A stretch of DNA of 64,000 bases, from contig CAZWVU010000002.1 in assembly GCA_964637575.1 (NCBI GenBank), positions 18,824 to 82,823 of the forward strand, in the 5' to 3' direction. Position 1 is the stretch's first letter. Each line of letters opens with the position of its first letter. Shown here piece by piece: positions 9,880 to 19,225 of the stretch. Below the pieces are notes generated by a model. The model did no database searches, was not told where the DNA came from, and saw only the letters and a list, made by a program, of their open reading frames with translations. A program made the translations under genes and the position numbers. This stretch comes from an uncultured Candidatus Saccharibacteria bacterium (GTDB taxonomy: Bacteria; Patescibacteriota; Minisyncoccia; UBA6257; WO2-44-18).

Positions 9880-10578
9880 ATGGGAAATAAAACACGACCA
9901 TTTTCATACCGACTCGGCATTATCCACAACTGGAACTCCCGCTGGATGCCGAAAAATCTTAAATTCAAATCCCATCTTGAGGAGGATGTTTTGATCCGTG
10001 ACATCGTGAATGAAAAAATCGGCCTGGCCGGCATCGTCCGGATCGAGATCGAACGTTCCGCCGACAATTCCTTCCGCGTGAGCATCAAGGCCGCCCGTCC
10101 GGGTTTGGTGATCGGCCGTGGAGGCAAGGGCATCGAAGATCTGACCGCCGCGGTCCGCGCTCAATTAGAGAAACTGTTCCACAAGCGCAGCGGTACCACG
10201 AAGCCTGCAAAATTCGGCTTGAGCATCAATGTTGAAGAGCTGAAGCGGACGGACATTTCGGCCCAGTATGTCGCGCAATCCATTGCCTGGGATCTGGAGA
10301 AGCGTCTCCCGTTCCGCCGCACGATAAAGAGATACATTGAAAGCTCCCTTCAGAACCGCGAGGTGCAGGGCGTGAAAATCAAGCTTTCCGGCCGCTTGGA
10401 CGGCAATGAAATCGCCCGCCGCGAATGGCTTGCGAAAGGGAAACTCCCGCTGCAGACGCTCCGCGCCAACATTGATTACGGGGAAGCCACATCCTTTAAC
10501 AGCTACGGCACCGTCGGCGTGAAGGTCTGGCTTTACAAAGGCGAGGTGTTCGACAAGGACAATAAAAAGTCTGTATAA
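9880..10578 (+). CDS. rpsC: 30S ribosomal protein S3
   Basis: 232 aa; KH-domain S3 sequence, position. Confidence 0.95.
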   Translation: MGNKTRPFSYRLGIIHNWNSRWMPKNLKFKSHLEEDVLIRDIVNEKIGLAGIVRIEIERSADNSFRVSIKAARPGLVIGRGGKGIEDLTAAVRAQLEKLFHKRSGTTKPAKFGLSINVEELKRTDISAQYVAQSIAWDLEKRLPFRRTIKRYIESSLQNREVQGVKIKLSGRLDGNEIARREWLAKGKLPLQTLRANIDYGEATSFNSYGTVGVKVWLYKGEVFDKDNKKSV

Positions 10579-10583
10579 CAACC

Positions 10584-11003
10584 ATGCTTGTACCCAAAAA
10601 AGTAAAACACCGGAAATGGATGAAGGGCCGCTCCCGCTGGAGTCCCACTGAAACCCGCGGCACGAAATTGTCGTTCGGCAGTTTTGGTTTGAAGGCGGAG
10701 AGTATGGCCTGGGTAAATTCCCGTCAGATTGAAGCCGCCCGGCGCACCATCAGCAATTTCATTAAGCGCGAGGGAAAAGTCTGGATCCGCATCTTTCCCG
10801 ACAAACCGATTACGAAACGTCCGCCGGAACTTACAATGGGCGGCGGCAAGGGATCGGTGGATCACTACGTTTTTGCGGTAAAGCCGGGACGGGTTCTTTT
10901 TGAAATGGACGGAGTAAAGCCGGAAGTCGCCAAGCAGGCGCTCCGTCTGGCCGGGTTCAAACTGCCGTGCCGCACAAGAATAGTTGAAAAAGCAGCCCAC
11001 TAA
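10584..11003 (+). CDS. rplP: 50S ribosomal protein L16
   Basis: 139 aa; [16 protein letters not shown]... L16. Confidence 0.95.
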   Translation: MLVPKKVKHRKWMKGRSRWSPTETRGTKLSFGSFGLKAESMAWVNSRQIEAARRTISNFIKREGKVWIRIFPDKPITKRPPELTMGGGKGSVDHYVFAVKPGRVLFEMDGVKPEVAKQALRLAGFKLPCRTRIVEKAAH

Positions 11004-11004
11004 T

Positions 11005-11202
11005 ATGAAGAAAAAAGAACTGGAACAATTAAAAAGCAAACCGAAAGCGGAATGGGAAAAGAGTCTTGCGGAAAGCCGGGAGAAGCTTTGGGCCTTGCGC
11101 ACTGACCTCGCCGCGGGTAAGGTAAAGAACGTTAAAGAAATCAAGGAGGTCAGAAAAATGATTGCCCGCCTTCTCACCTTCATTAATCACACCAATGGAT
11201 AA
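11005..11202 (+). CDS. rpmC: 50S ribosomal protein L29
   Basis: Start at MKKKELEQLKSK (ATG 11005) directly after L16 stop; short helical L29. Confidence 0.85.
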   Translation: MKKKELEQLKSKPKAEWEKSLAESREKLWALRTDLAAGKVKNVKEIKEVRKMIARLLTFINHTNG

Positions 11203-11452
11203 GCAAATCGCCCAGGTTAAAAAGCGCACCCTTCAGGGAACCGTCGTTTCCGACAAAATGCAAAAGACGGTGGTGGTTTCGGTTACTCACGAAAAGAAAC
11301 ATCCCAAATACCTTAAGTATTACAAAGTTACCAACCGCTTTAAGGCCCATGATGAAAACAAGGAATATAAAGTGGGAGATAAAGTAACTATCGAAGAAAC
11401 CCGGCCGATGTCGAAAGACAAGCGGTGGAAAGTGATCGCTAAAATTTCGTAA
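11195..11452 (+). CDS. rpsQ: 30S ribosomal protein S17
   Basis: Start MDKQIAQVKKRTLQGTVVSDKM (ATG 11195, 8-nt overlap with L29); S17 sequence. Confidence 0.88.
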   Translation: MDKQIAQVKKRTLQGTVVSDKMQKTVVVSVTHEKKHPKYLKYYKVTNRFKAHDENKEYKVGDKVTIEETRPMSKDKRWKVIAKIS

Positions 11453-11461
11453 ACCAATTAT

Positions 11462-11830
11462 ATGATCCAGGAACGAGCCATCTTAAAAGTTGCCGACAAC
11501 ACCGGAGCCAAAACGGTCCGCTGTTTCCGCGTGCTCGGCGGCAGCCGCCGGCGCTACGCGGAAGTGGGGGATGTGATCATTGCCTCCGTGCAGACTGCCG
11601 AGCCGCGCAAGGCGATTAAGAAAAAAGACGTGGTCAAGGCGGTAATTGTCCGCCAGCGCAAAGCCATGCGCCGCGCCGACGGTTCATATATCCGTTTTGA
11701 CGACAACGCCGTGGTCATTATTGATGACAAGAAGGAGCCGAAAGGCACCCGCCTGTTCGGACCGCTGCCCCGCGAAGTCAAAGAGCGGGGATATGACTCC
11801 ATCGCTTCGATGGCCGAAGAAATTCTCTAA
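11462..11830 (+). CDS. rplN: 50S ribosomal protein L14
   Basis: 122 aa; [17 protein letters not shown]... L14. Confidence 0.96.
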   Translation: MIQERAILKVADNTGAKTVRCFRVLGGSRRRYAEVGDVIIASVQTAEPRKAIKKKDVVKAVIVRQRKAMRRADGSYIRFDDNAVVIIDDKKEPKGTRLFGPLPREVKERGYDSIASMAEEIL

Positions 11831-11838
11831 CCATTACA

Positions 11839-12150
11839 ATGAAAATCCATAAAGGAGACACGGTGCAATTATTGAGCGGACGCGATGCCGGAAAGAACGG
11901 CAAAGTTTTGCGTATCGACGGCAAAAGCGGCATGGTGGTAGTCGAAGGACTCCAGCTCGTAAAGCGGCATGCGAAGCCGAAAAAGCAGGGCGAAAAGGGC
12001 CAGGTCATTTCGGTCCCTTCCTCTTTTAATGCTTCTAAAGTTATGCTACTCTGCCCTAGCTGCAAACAGCCGACGCGGGTGGGATACCGTTTCGATAAAA
12101 ATGGCGAAGCCAAAATCCGCTACTGCAAAAAGTGCAACAGCGCGATCTAA
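11839..12150 (+). CDS. rplX: 50S ribosomal protein L24, variant with C-terminal CxxC...CxxC (putative Zn-ribbon)
   Basis: MKIHKGDTVQLLSGRDAGKNGKV KOW region; tail MLLCPSCKQPTRVGYRFDKNGEAKIRYCKKCNSAI has CPSC and CKKC where canonical L24 has none. Confidence 0.9.
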   Translation: MKIHKGDTVQLLSGRDAGKNGKVLRIDGKSGMVVVEGLQLVKRHAKPKKQGEKGQVISVPSSFNASKVMLLCPSCKQPTRVGYRFDKNGEAKIRYCKKCNSAI

Positions 12151-12154
12151 AATA

Positions 12155-12664
12155 ATGGAGAAGAACGTCTATAAAAATTTCGAAAAAGTGGTGGTGAACA
12201 GCGGACTCGGCAAGATTTCCCAATTGCCGAATTTTGGCGATAAAGTGCTGCCGGTGATCGAAAAAGATTTTGCGAGCATTACCGGGCAGAAACCTTCCGA
12301 GCGTCCGGCCACCAAGTCAATTTCCGGATTCAAGCTCCGGCAGGGACAGGTCATAGGTCTGAAGGCAACGCTCCGCCACAAGCGGATGGAGCAGTTTCTG
12401 GAGAAGGTGATGAAAATCGTCCTGCCGCGCGTCCGCGACTTCCGCGGCCTGCCGCAGCGCAACGTGGATACTCATGGCAGTCTGAATTTCGGAATCAAAG
12501 ATGCTTCAGTATTCCCGGAGCTCGTGCAGGATGCCACCAAAGTCAGCTTTGGCGTGGAGATCACCGTGGTTCCGAAAGTGAGCAAAGACCGCGTTCAGAT
12601 GCTGGAGATATATAAGGGGATCGGCGTGCCCTTCAGCAAAGAAGAAATCAAGAAGAAAAAATAA
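12155..12664 (+). CDS. rplE: 50S ribosomal protein L5
   Basis: Start [20 protein letters not shown] (ATG 12155) 4 nt after L24 stop; the longer 11969 ORF runs inside rplX. Confidence 0.92.
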   Translation: MEKNVYKNFEKVVVNSGLGKISQLPNFGDKVLPVIEKDFASITGQKPSERPATKSISGFKLRQGQVIGLKATLRHKRMEQFLEKVMKIVLPRVRDFRGLPQRNVDTHGSLNFGIKDASVFPELVQDATKVSFGVEITVVPKVSKDRVQMLEIYKGIGVPFSKEEIKKKK

Positions 12665-12666
12665 TT

Positions 12667-12852
12667 ATGGCCAAGAAATCAGTTGTCGCCCGAGCGTTAA
12701 AAAAGCCCAAGTTCTCAACCCGGATTGTCCGGCGCTGTTTTCGCTGCGGCCGTCGCCACGGATATATGCGGACATTCGGCGTATGCCGCATCTGTTTCCG
12801 GGAACTTGCGGGCCGCGGTGAAATTCCGGGTGTAAAAAAATCTTCCTGGTAA
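12667..12852 (+). CDS. rpsN: 30S ribosomal protein S14, zinc-binding type Z (61 aa)
   Basis: [24 protein letters not shown]: four Cys, short-form S14. Confidence 0.95.
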   Translation: MAKKSVVARALKKPKFSTRIVRRCFRCGRRHGYMRTFGVCRICFRELAGRGEIPGVKKSSW

Positions 12853-12859
12853 TACCAAT

Positions 12860-13243
12860 ATGGTCTACGATCTCTTAACAAAAATTAAAAACGCCCAGAA
12901 GGCCCGGAAAGAATCACTGAAAGCGCCTTACTCCAACCTCGACTATGCCGTCGCAGAAGTTTTGGCGAAAAATAATTACGTTGAAAGCGTGGCGAAAAAA
13001 GGACGTATGCCCAAGAGAATCATGGAAATCAAACTGAAATACGGAGCTGATAGCCGGGGCGCCATCAACGGAGTCCGGATTTTAAGCACCCCGTCCCGCC
13101 GGCTGTACACCGGTTACGAAAAAATCCACCCCGTGAAGCAGGGTTACGGACTGGTCGTGCTCTCCACCTCAAAAGGATTAATGAGCGGCCAGGAAGCGCG
13201 CAAGTCAAAAATGGGAGGCCAGCTTTTATTCGAAATTTGGTAA
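12860..13243 (+). CDS. rpsH: 30S ribosomal protein S8
   Basis: 127 aa S8 sequence, position. Confidence 0.95.
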   Translation: MVYDLLTKIKNAQKARKESLKAPYSNLDYAVAEVLAKNNYVESVAKKGRMPKRIMEIKLKYGADSRGAINGVRILSTPSRRLYTGYEKIHPVKQGYGLVVLSTSKGLMSGQEARKSKMGGQLLFEIW

Positions 13244-13252
13244 ATAAAAAAC

Positions 13253-13804
13253 ATGTCTAAACTCGCAAAGAAACCGTTGATAATTCCCGAAGGCGTCACC
13301 GTGAAAATGGCTGATGGCATGTTGGAATTTTCCGGAAAGGAGGGCAAGCTGACGCTCAAGGTACTGCCGTTTATCAATATTGAAATTGCCAATGGCCAGA
13401 TGACCTTCAAAACTGCGGAGCAGACAAAACAGGGCCGCGCCAATCTCGGCACTATGGCATCTCTTTGCAAAAACGCGGTTGCCGGCGTGAGTGGAGGCTA
13501 CATGAAAGTGCTGGAAATCGACGGCATCGGTTACAAGGCTGCGATGGAAAAAAACGATATCGTATTCAACGTGGGATTGACCCATCCGGTTCGCTTTACT
13601 CCGCCGGGAGGCGTAAAAGTGGTGCTGGAAAAGAACATGATCAAAGTTTCCGGCGTGGACAAGTTCCTTGTAGGCGAGGTGGCAGCGAAGATCCGCAAAG
13701 TTTCTCCTCCGGAGCCATATAAAGGAAAGGGGATCCACTATCAGGGTGAGGTCATCCGCCGCAAGGCCGGCAAAAAAGTCGCGGGCGCCGGTGCCGCTGC
13801 ATAA
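13253..13804 (+). CDS. rplF: 50S ribosomal protein L6
   Basis: 183 aa L6. Confidence 0.95.
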   Translation: MSKLAKKPLIIPEGVTVKMADGMLEFSGKEGKLTLKVLPFINIEIANGQMTFKTAEQTKQGRANLGTMASLCKNAVAGVSGGYMKVLEIDGIGYKAAMEKNDIVFNVGLTHPVRFTPPGGVKVVLEKNMIKVSGVDKFLVGEVAAKIRKVSPPEPYKGKGIHYQGEVIRRKAGKKVAGAGAAA

Positions 13805-13812
13805 CCACTGCC

Positions 13813-14166
13813 ATGAATAAAATCGCAAAACTCAATTTGAACAGAAATATGCGACAGCGCCGCGTGCGGGCGAAGATTTTCGGTACCACGGGAAAGCCGC
13901 GTCTGGCCATCTTCCGGAGTAATAAATACACCTACGTCCAGCTTATTGATGACACAAAAGGACAGACGCTTGCTTCCGCCTCCACGCTTGAACTGAACAA
14001 GAAAGGCAAGAAGACCGAGCTTGCCAAAGAACTGGGCACTCTGATTGCCGAAAAAGCCAAGAAGGCCGGTGTGAAAATGGCGGTATTCAATCGTTCGAGC
14101 TATAAATATCACGGCCGTGTCAAAGCAGTTGCCGAAGCTGCGCGTGAAGCCGGTCTGAAAATATAA
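13813..14166 (+). CDS. rplR: 50S ribosomal protein L18
   Basis: 117 aa L18. Confidence 0.93.
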   Translation: MNKIAKLNLNRNMRQRRVRAKIFGTTGKPRLAIFRSNKYTYVQLIDDTKGQTLASASTLELNKKGKKTELAKELGTLIAEKAKKAGVKMAVFNRSSYKYHGRVKAVAEAAREAGLKI

Positions 14167-14169
14167 ACC

Positions 14170-14772
14170 ATGGAACAAACTACCCCAACAACTCAACAGA
14201 CTGAACAAAAACCCGCGGGAGCTGCCCCGGCAGCCGGCGGACGGCCAGGTTTCGGCCGGCCGGGAGCCGGAGGAAGACCCGGTTTTGGCGGGCGCCCGGG
14301 CGGTCCGCGGCGTTTTGGCGCGAAGCCGAAGGAGGTTTTGCCGATGGGACTGAAAGATAAAATGCTGGATCTGCGCCGCGTTACCCGCGTGGTTGCCGGC
14401 GGCAAGCGTTTCCGTTTCCGCGCGACGATCGTGCTCGGCAATGAAAAGGGCAAGCTGGGCATCGGCGTGGCCAAAGGATTGGACGTGCAGGCTGCGATCG
14501 CCAAGGCGAAGAACGCCGCGCTGAAGAACCTGATCGACATCAAACTCAAGGGCCGGACGATCCCGCACGAAGTGGAAGCGAAGTTCAGCGCCGCGCATGT
14601 CCGCATCAAGCCGGCGAGCGAAGGGCACGGTTTGAAGGCCGGCGGCGCGGTCCGTGTGGTCCTTTCCATGGCGGGCGTGAAGGATGTTACCGCCAAGTGC
14701 CTCGGCCGCACACCGAATAAACTGACCAACGCGCTCGCGACTGTGGAAGCGTTAAAAAACCTTAAGGTGTAG
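14170..14772 (+). CDS. rpsE: 30S ribosomal protein S5 with ~55-aa Gly/Arg/Pro-rich N-terminal low-complexity extension
   Basis: ...GGRPGFGRPGAGGRPGFGGRPGGPRRFG... (in-frame nucleotide repeats) then canonical S5 dsRBD and C-terminal domain. Confidence 0.93.
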   Translation: MEQTTPTTQQTEQKPAGAAPAAGGRPGFGRPGAGGRPGFGGRPGGPRRFGAKPKEVLPMGLKDKMLDLRRVTRVVAGGKRFRFRATIVLGNEKGKLGIGVAKGLDVQAAIAKAKNAALKNLIDIKLKGRTIPHEVEAKFSAAHVRIKPASEGHGLKAGGAVRVVLSMAGVKDVTAKCLGRTPNKLTNALATVEALKNLKV

Positions 14773-14782
14773 AATTAAAACC

Positions 14783-15178
14783 ATGCAATTACACGAACTC
14801 AAACCAGCCCATCCCTTAAAGGACAAGAAGCCGCGCGTCGGCCGCAGCGGCAAGCGTGGCACGACTTCCGGCAAGGGGCAAAAAGGACAAAAAGCGCGCG
14901 CGGGCCGCAAGATGCGTCCGGCAGAGCGTGATTTTTATATGCGCCTTCCGAAATTGCGCGGCGTGAAGAATAAGCCGAAGGAAGCTCCGTTAGAGGTTAT
15001 CAGCGTTGGCAATCTGGATCATTTCGCGAAGGACGGCGTGGTCAGCGAAAAAATACTTGGCCGCAAAGTGAAGGTTCTCGGTGACGGTGAAATCAAAACG
15101 AAAATTACCGTGGAAGGTCTTCCTGTTTCCGAGTCGGCGAAACAAAAAATAGAAGCCGCGGGCGGAAATGTTAAGTAA
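14783..15178 (+). CDS. rplO: 50S ribosomal protein L15 (follows S5 directly; no L30 gene)
   Basis: 131 aa L15; only 10 nt separate it from rpsE so rpmD is absent at its usual locus. Confidence 0.93.
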   Translation: MQLHELKPAHPLKDKKPRVGRSGKRGTTSGKGQKGQKARAGRKMRPAERDFYMRLPKLRGVKNKPKEAPLEVISVGNLDHFAKDGVVSEKILGRKVKVLGDGEIKTKITVEGLPVSESAKQKIEAAGGNVK

Positions 15179-16442
15179 ACTTCTTCAGGTTTTCCGGGTT
15201 CCGGATCTCCGTAAAAAAGTGCTGTACGTGATTTTGGGTTTGGTCGCGTTCCGGATCCTCGGAACCATCCCGATTCCGGGAATTGACTCCGCCCGTCTGG
15301 CCCAATTTTTGAACTCCAACCAGATTTTCGGCTTTTTGAATATTTTTTCCGGCGGCGGGCTTTCCCGGCTTTCCATCGTCATGCTTGGCGTCGGCCCGTA
15401 TATCACCTCGACGATTATCATGCAGCTCCTGACCATGATTTTCCCGAATCTCAAGCAGATGTATTACGAGGAAGGCGCTGCGGGAAAGGCGAAGTTCAAC
15501 CGGTATTCCCGGTTTATTACGGTGCCGTTGGCAGTCTTACAGGCCTATGGATTCCTTAATCTTTTGAAAAGCCAGGGCGTTATCGGCTCGCTGAGTTCAC
15601 TGGCACTTCTGCAGAACGTGCTGGTCATCACCACCGGCAGCTTGATTTTGATGTGGATCGGCGAGTTGATCACCGAGCAAAAGATTGGCAATGGCATTTC
15701 GCTGATTATATTCGCGGGCATCGTGGATCGCATTCCGATCGCGGTACGCACCGCGGTAGCCTCATTCGACCCGTCCAATCTCCCAACCTATATCGCGTTC
15801 GTCATTTTGAGCGTGTTGATTATCGCCGGCGTGGTGGTGGTCAACCAGGGTGAGCGGAAAGTGCCGATTGCATACTCCCGCCGCATCCGCGGCAATAAGG
15901 TCTACGGCGGCGTGGCGAGTTATCTGCCGATGAAAATCAACCAGGCGGGTGTGATCCCGATTATTTTCGCGATCTCTATCCTGCTCTTCCCGCAGTTCTT
16001 CGGCCAGATTCTCGCGATCTTTTCACCGGCGCTTTCCGTGAAAATTCAGACCGCGGTCAACGGATTTTTGAGCAACCAGCTTATCTACAGCGGACTCTAC
16101 TTCGTGCTCGTGGTCGCATTTACCTATTTCTATACCGCGATTACCTTTGATCCGAATGAAATCGCCAAGAACCTCCAGCAGAGCGGGGGATTCGTGCCGG
16201 GCATCCGGCCGGGAGAATCCACCGGCGACTTTATCGGCAAGCTGACCAAGCGCATCACGCTCTTCGGAGCGCTCTTTCTCGGCATCATCGCAGTTCTGCC
16301 GAATCTGGTTCAGTTACTTACCGGTATCCAGGCGCTCACTATCGGCGGCACGGCGCTCCTGATTGTCGTCTCCGTGGCACTGGAAACGATCAGCCAACTT
16401 GACTCGGAATTGACTCTTAGGCAGTACGAAGGTTTGCAGTAA
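15168..16442 (+). CDS. secY: preprotein translocase subunit SecY
   Basis: 424 aa, 10 TM pattern, SecY sequence; overlaps rplO end. Confidence 0.96.
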   Translation: MLSKLLQVFRVPDLRKKVLYVILGLVAFRILGTIPIPGIDSARLAQFLNSNQIFGFLNIFSGGGLSRLSIVMLGVGPYITSTIIMQLLTMIFPNLKQMYYEEGAAGKAKFNRYSRFITVPLAVLQAYGFLNLLKSQGVIGSLSSLALLQNVLVITTGSLILMWIGELITEQKIGNGISLIIFAGIVDRIPIAVRTAVASFDPSNLPTYIAFVILSVLIIAGVVVVNQGERKVPIAYSRRIRGNKVYGGVASYLPMKINQAGVIPIIFAISILLFPQFFGQILAIFSPALSVKIQTAVNGFLSNQLIYSGLYFVLVVAFTYFYTAITFDPNEIAKNLQQSGGFVPGIRPGESTGDFIGKLTKRITLFGALFLGIIAVLPNLVQLLTGIQALTIGGTALLIVVSVALETISQLDSELTLRQYEGLQ

Positions 16443-16564
16443 GTTGGTTTTGTGTCGGTTGCGCTTTTGACCAGCTCCTCCTTCTCCTCGGCAGGACGTC
16501 GGGCTACAATCCTGCCTGTGGGAAAGAGGAGCTGGCCTTAACTTAACCCTTTCACAAAACCAAC
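16443..16564 (+). repeat. structured repeat family 1, copy 1 (core 16471-16535), nested in a 12-bp outer inverted repeat
   Basis: GTTGGTTTTGTG...CCAGCTCCTC-CTTCTCCTCGGCAGGACGTCGGGCTACAATCCTGCCTGTGGGAAAGA-GAGGAGCTGG...CACAAAACCAAC; begins 1 nt after secY stop. Confidence 0.8.
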
Positions 16565-16585
16565 CGTGTTTGATTAGTTTTTATG

Positions 16586-16626
16586 AAAATCAAAACACTC
16601 CGATTTTGTCGGAGTGTTTTGATTTT
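16586..16626. terminator. 18-bp perfect-stem hairpin, bidirectional terminator between secY(+) and a minus-strand small gene
   Basis: AAAATCAAAACACTCCGA-ttttg-TCGGAGTGTTTTGATTTT; A/T runs on both sides. Confidence 0.7.
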
Positions 16627-16790
16627 CAGATTTCCAGCTTTTTGCGGGTGACAAGCTGGCCATCGTTCAATTGGACAATCAACTCGTAACCCGCGTCCTT
16701 AAATTCTACGCACGTGATGTACAACTCCAGGGCTTTCTTGATGTCCTCTGCGTGGCTCTTGCTCCCCATAAGCTTTTGGAGTTTTTGCAT
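16626..16790 (-). CDS. hypothetical small protein (54 aa) antisense-inserted between secY and adk
   Basis: MQKLQKLMGSKSHAEDIKKALELYITCVEFKDAGYELIVQLNDGQLVTRKKLEI; start chosen at internal ATG preceded by GGAGGAAA RBS (ORF track gives longer 16626..16883 version). Confidence 0.4.
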   Translation of the reverse strand: MQKLQKLMGSKSHAEDIKKALELYITCVEFKDAGYELIVQLNDGQLVTRKKLEI

Positions 16791-16957
16791 TTTCCTCCAC
16801 GCTGGTTCTGCAAAATCCAACTCGATCCTGTGGCAGTTTGACCTTGGGCGTGGCGTGCGTGCGCGGTCGGTTTCCATATGCATCCCTTCTTGAGAACTGC
16901 TGATACATTATCATAATGTTCACAGGAGTCAAATTACTGAAGTTTTTATCAGTTGTG

Positions 16958-16966
16958 TGCTAGAAT
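16958..16966 (+). promoter_or_regulatory. extended -10 promoter (TGcTAGAAT) 7 nt upstream of adk ATG; candidate leaderless transcript
   Basis: tgtgcTAGAATttttgttATG; no SD between -10 and start codon. Confidence 0.45.
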
Positions 16967-16973
16967 TTTTGTT

Positions 16974-17666
16974 ATGGCGAAAAAAGCGGTGATTATTTAC
17001 GGTCCGCCGGGGGCGGGGAAGGGGACGCAGGCGAATCTATTGGCCTGGACGAAAGGGTTCGTTCATTTTGATACGGGAAAATTCCTGGATATTCTGGTGC
17101 ACGACAAAGATAAACAAAGCGATCCAGCGATCGCTGAAGCGCGGCGGCAGATGGATTCCGGCGAATTGGTGACCCCGGAATTCGTGCTGAAGATCACCGC
17201 GGAGGAGGCAAAGAAAATTGGCGAATCCAATTTCAGCATCGTCTTCAGCGGTTCACCACGGACAATGTTTGAAGCGTGGGGCGACGATAACAATAAAGGC
17301 CTGATCGCGGTACTGGAAGAAACCTACGGCAAAGAAAATATCTATCCTGCACATCTGGTGATCGATCCAAAAAAAGCGATTAAGCGCAACGCGAACCGAA
17401 AGATCTGCTCGATCTGCTACACGGCAATCCTGTACAATGAAGAAAAAGGACACCTCCATACGACCTGCCCGCTCTGCGGCGGCGCGCTCCGGACCCGCAG
17501 CGTTGATAATCCGGCCGTGTTTGAGACACGCATTAAGGAATATGAAGAGCGTACCGCGCCAATTCTGGCCGAGCTCAAAAAACATGGCTACAAGGTGTAT
17601 GAAGTGGACGGCAATCCATTGCCGTTTGACGTTTTTGCCGATTTGAAACAAAAGCTGGGTTTGTAA
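16974..17666 (+). CDS. adk: adenylate kinase (Zn-binding lid, CxxC...CxxC)
   Basis: MAKKAVIIYGPPGAGKGTQ P-loop; lid CSICYTAIL...CPLCGG; start at 16974 rather than 16953. Confidence 0.92.
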   Translation: MAKKAVIIYGPPGAGKGTQANLLAWTKGFVHFDTGKFLDILVHDKDKQSDPAIAEARRQMDSGELVTPEFVLKITAEEAKKIGESNFSIVFSGSPRTMFEAWGDDNNKGLIAVLEETYGKENIYPAHLVIDPKKAIKRNANRKICSICYTAILYNEEKGHLHTTCPLCGGALRTRSVDNPAVFETRIKEYEERTAPILAELKKHGYKVYEVDGNPLPFDVFADLKQKLGL

Positions 17667-17680
17667 TACACTTACAAACC

Positions 17681-18436
17681 ATGATTAAACAGCCAGCAGA
17701 TATAGAAAAGATCCGTAAGGCCGGAAAAATTTTGGCGGGCGTCGCTAAGACCATTCTTGCCAATGCCCGGGAAGGCGTCCGCTTGAGCGAGTTGGATGCC
17801 ATGGCTAAGAATCTCATTAAAAAAGCCGGAGGCACGCCGGCATTTTTAGGATATCGGCCTTATGGCGCCGACCGGCCATATCCGGCTTCAATCTGCACCT
17901 CTTTAAATGACGTGGTAGTGCATGGCGTGCCGACGCGTTACGTTTTAAAATCCGGCGATCTTTTGAAATTGGATTTCGGCGTGATCTATGAGGGCTGGTA
18001 TGCCGATGCGGCCTGGACAATTGGTATTGGTGCGATCAGCGATGAAGCGCAAAAGCTTATCAAGGTCACCGAGCAGGCGCTTTTTGACGGCATTAAGCAG
18101 ATGAAATCCGGCTGTCATCTCGGCGACATCGGCTGGGCGATCAGCAAGACAGTCCATAAATACGGCTTCAATGTAGTGGATGGATTAACCGGCCATGGCG
18201 TCGGTCGGGAACTTCACGAGGATCCGAGCGTATTTAACGAGGGTAAAAAGGGGAGTGGTATTGCGCTGCGGCCAGGCATGGTTCTTGCGATTGAGCCGAT
18301 GGTGAGCGCCGGTTCGCCGCGCATCGTCCAATTGGATGACGAAAGTTACGCCACTGAAGATAAAAGTTTATCCGCGCACTTTGAACACACAGTAGTCATA
18401 ACTGATAAGGGACCGGAGATACTCACGTTGATTTAG
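17681..18436 (+). CDS. map: type I methionine aminopeptidase
   Basis: 251 aa; typical MetAP metal-ligand pattern (D..D..H..E..E) and position after adk. Confidence 0.92.
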   Translation: MIKQPADIEKIRKAGKILAGVAKTILANAREGVRLSELDAMAKNLIKKAGGTPAFLGYRPYGADRPYPASICTSLNDVVVHGVPTRYVLKSGDLLKLDFGVIYEGWYADAAWTIGIGAISDEAQKLIKVTEQALFDGIKQMKSGCHLGDIGWAISKTVHKYGFNVVDGLTGHGVGRELHEDPSVFNEGKKGSGIALRPGMVLAIEPMVSAGSPRIVQLDDESYATEDKSLSAHFEHTVVITDKGPEILTLI

Positions 18437-18545
18437 CCAGCACCGCCCAATGGTGGCTTTCATTTTGCGACACTAGAGCTGCGCGCTGTATGACAAGGCA
18501 GGATTTCCACAGCCCTGTTCTTTATTTATTTTTTAATTTGATATA

Positions 18546-18986
18546 ATGAAAACTATGCCAAACAAATCTAAAAAATTATGGGTCTGGATAGTAGTGGTCG
18601 CAGTTATTCTTATCGCGGTGGGCGCATTTTTGTGGCGGAACGGGTGGAAGCTGCCGACGTGGAGCGCGGGTGGTAATTACCAAGCCATTTTCTTGAGCAA
18701 CGGCCAGGTATACTTTGGTAAGGCGGCGCATCTCCGGGAGCAATATGTTACCCTTACCGACGTCTACTACTTGCAAGTAAATCAGGTTTTACAGCCTGTC
18801 CAGGGTAAGAAAGAGCCCCAGCCGACACAGGCCATCAGCCTGGCGAAGCTTGGCGCCAGCGAAATCCATAAGCCGACTGACGAGATGATGATCAACCGGG
18901 ACCAGATCTTATTCATCGAAACCATGAGCGATGATTCCCAGGTAGTGAAGGCGATCACTTCATATAAAGAAAGCCTGAAGAAATAA
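18546..18986 (+). CDS. hypothetical N-terminally membrane-anchored protein
   Basis: 146 aa; KKLWVWIVVVAVILIAVGAFLW signal-anchor then soluble domain; no family recognised. Confidence 0.55.
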   Translation: MKTMPNKSKKLWVWIVVVAVILIAVGAFLWRNGWKLPTWSAGGNYQAIFLSNGQVYFGKAAHLREQYVTLTDVYYLQVNQVLQPVQGKKEPQPTQAISLAKLGASEIHKPTDEMMINRDQILFIETMSDDSQVVKAITSYKESLKK

Positions 18987-18999
18987 CAGTAAACCAGTA

Positions 19000-19023
19000 A
19001 AACCCGCAAAGTGCGGGTTTTTG
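19000..19023 (+). terminator. rho-independent terminator
   Basis: aacccgcaaagtgcgggtt + TTTTT. Confidence 0.7.
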
Positions 19024-19189
19024 GTTAGGACCGTACACACACGAGACCAGGTGGACGAGCTTTTGCGATAGCCGCTTTAGCTGACGTTGCAAAAGCTCGT
19101 CAATATTTCCCGGGCAGGTTTCCCTGAATACCTGTCGCTAAATATACCTTGTGCGACAGAAGATAGAGTTCGACCGACCACTCCCCTCT

Positions 19190-19217
19190 AATAAAAAACC
19201 ACCGCGTTTGGCGGTGG
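19190..19217 (-). terminator. rho-independent terminator for the minus-strand two-gene operon
   Basis: ccaccgc-gtttg-gcggtgg with T-run on minus strand (AAAAAA on plus at 19192-19198). Confidence 0.65.
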
Positions 19218-19225
19218 CGTTTTGT

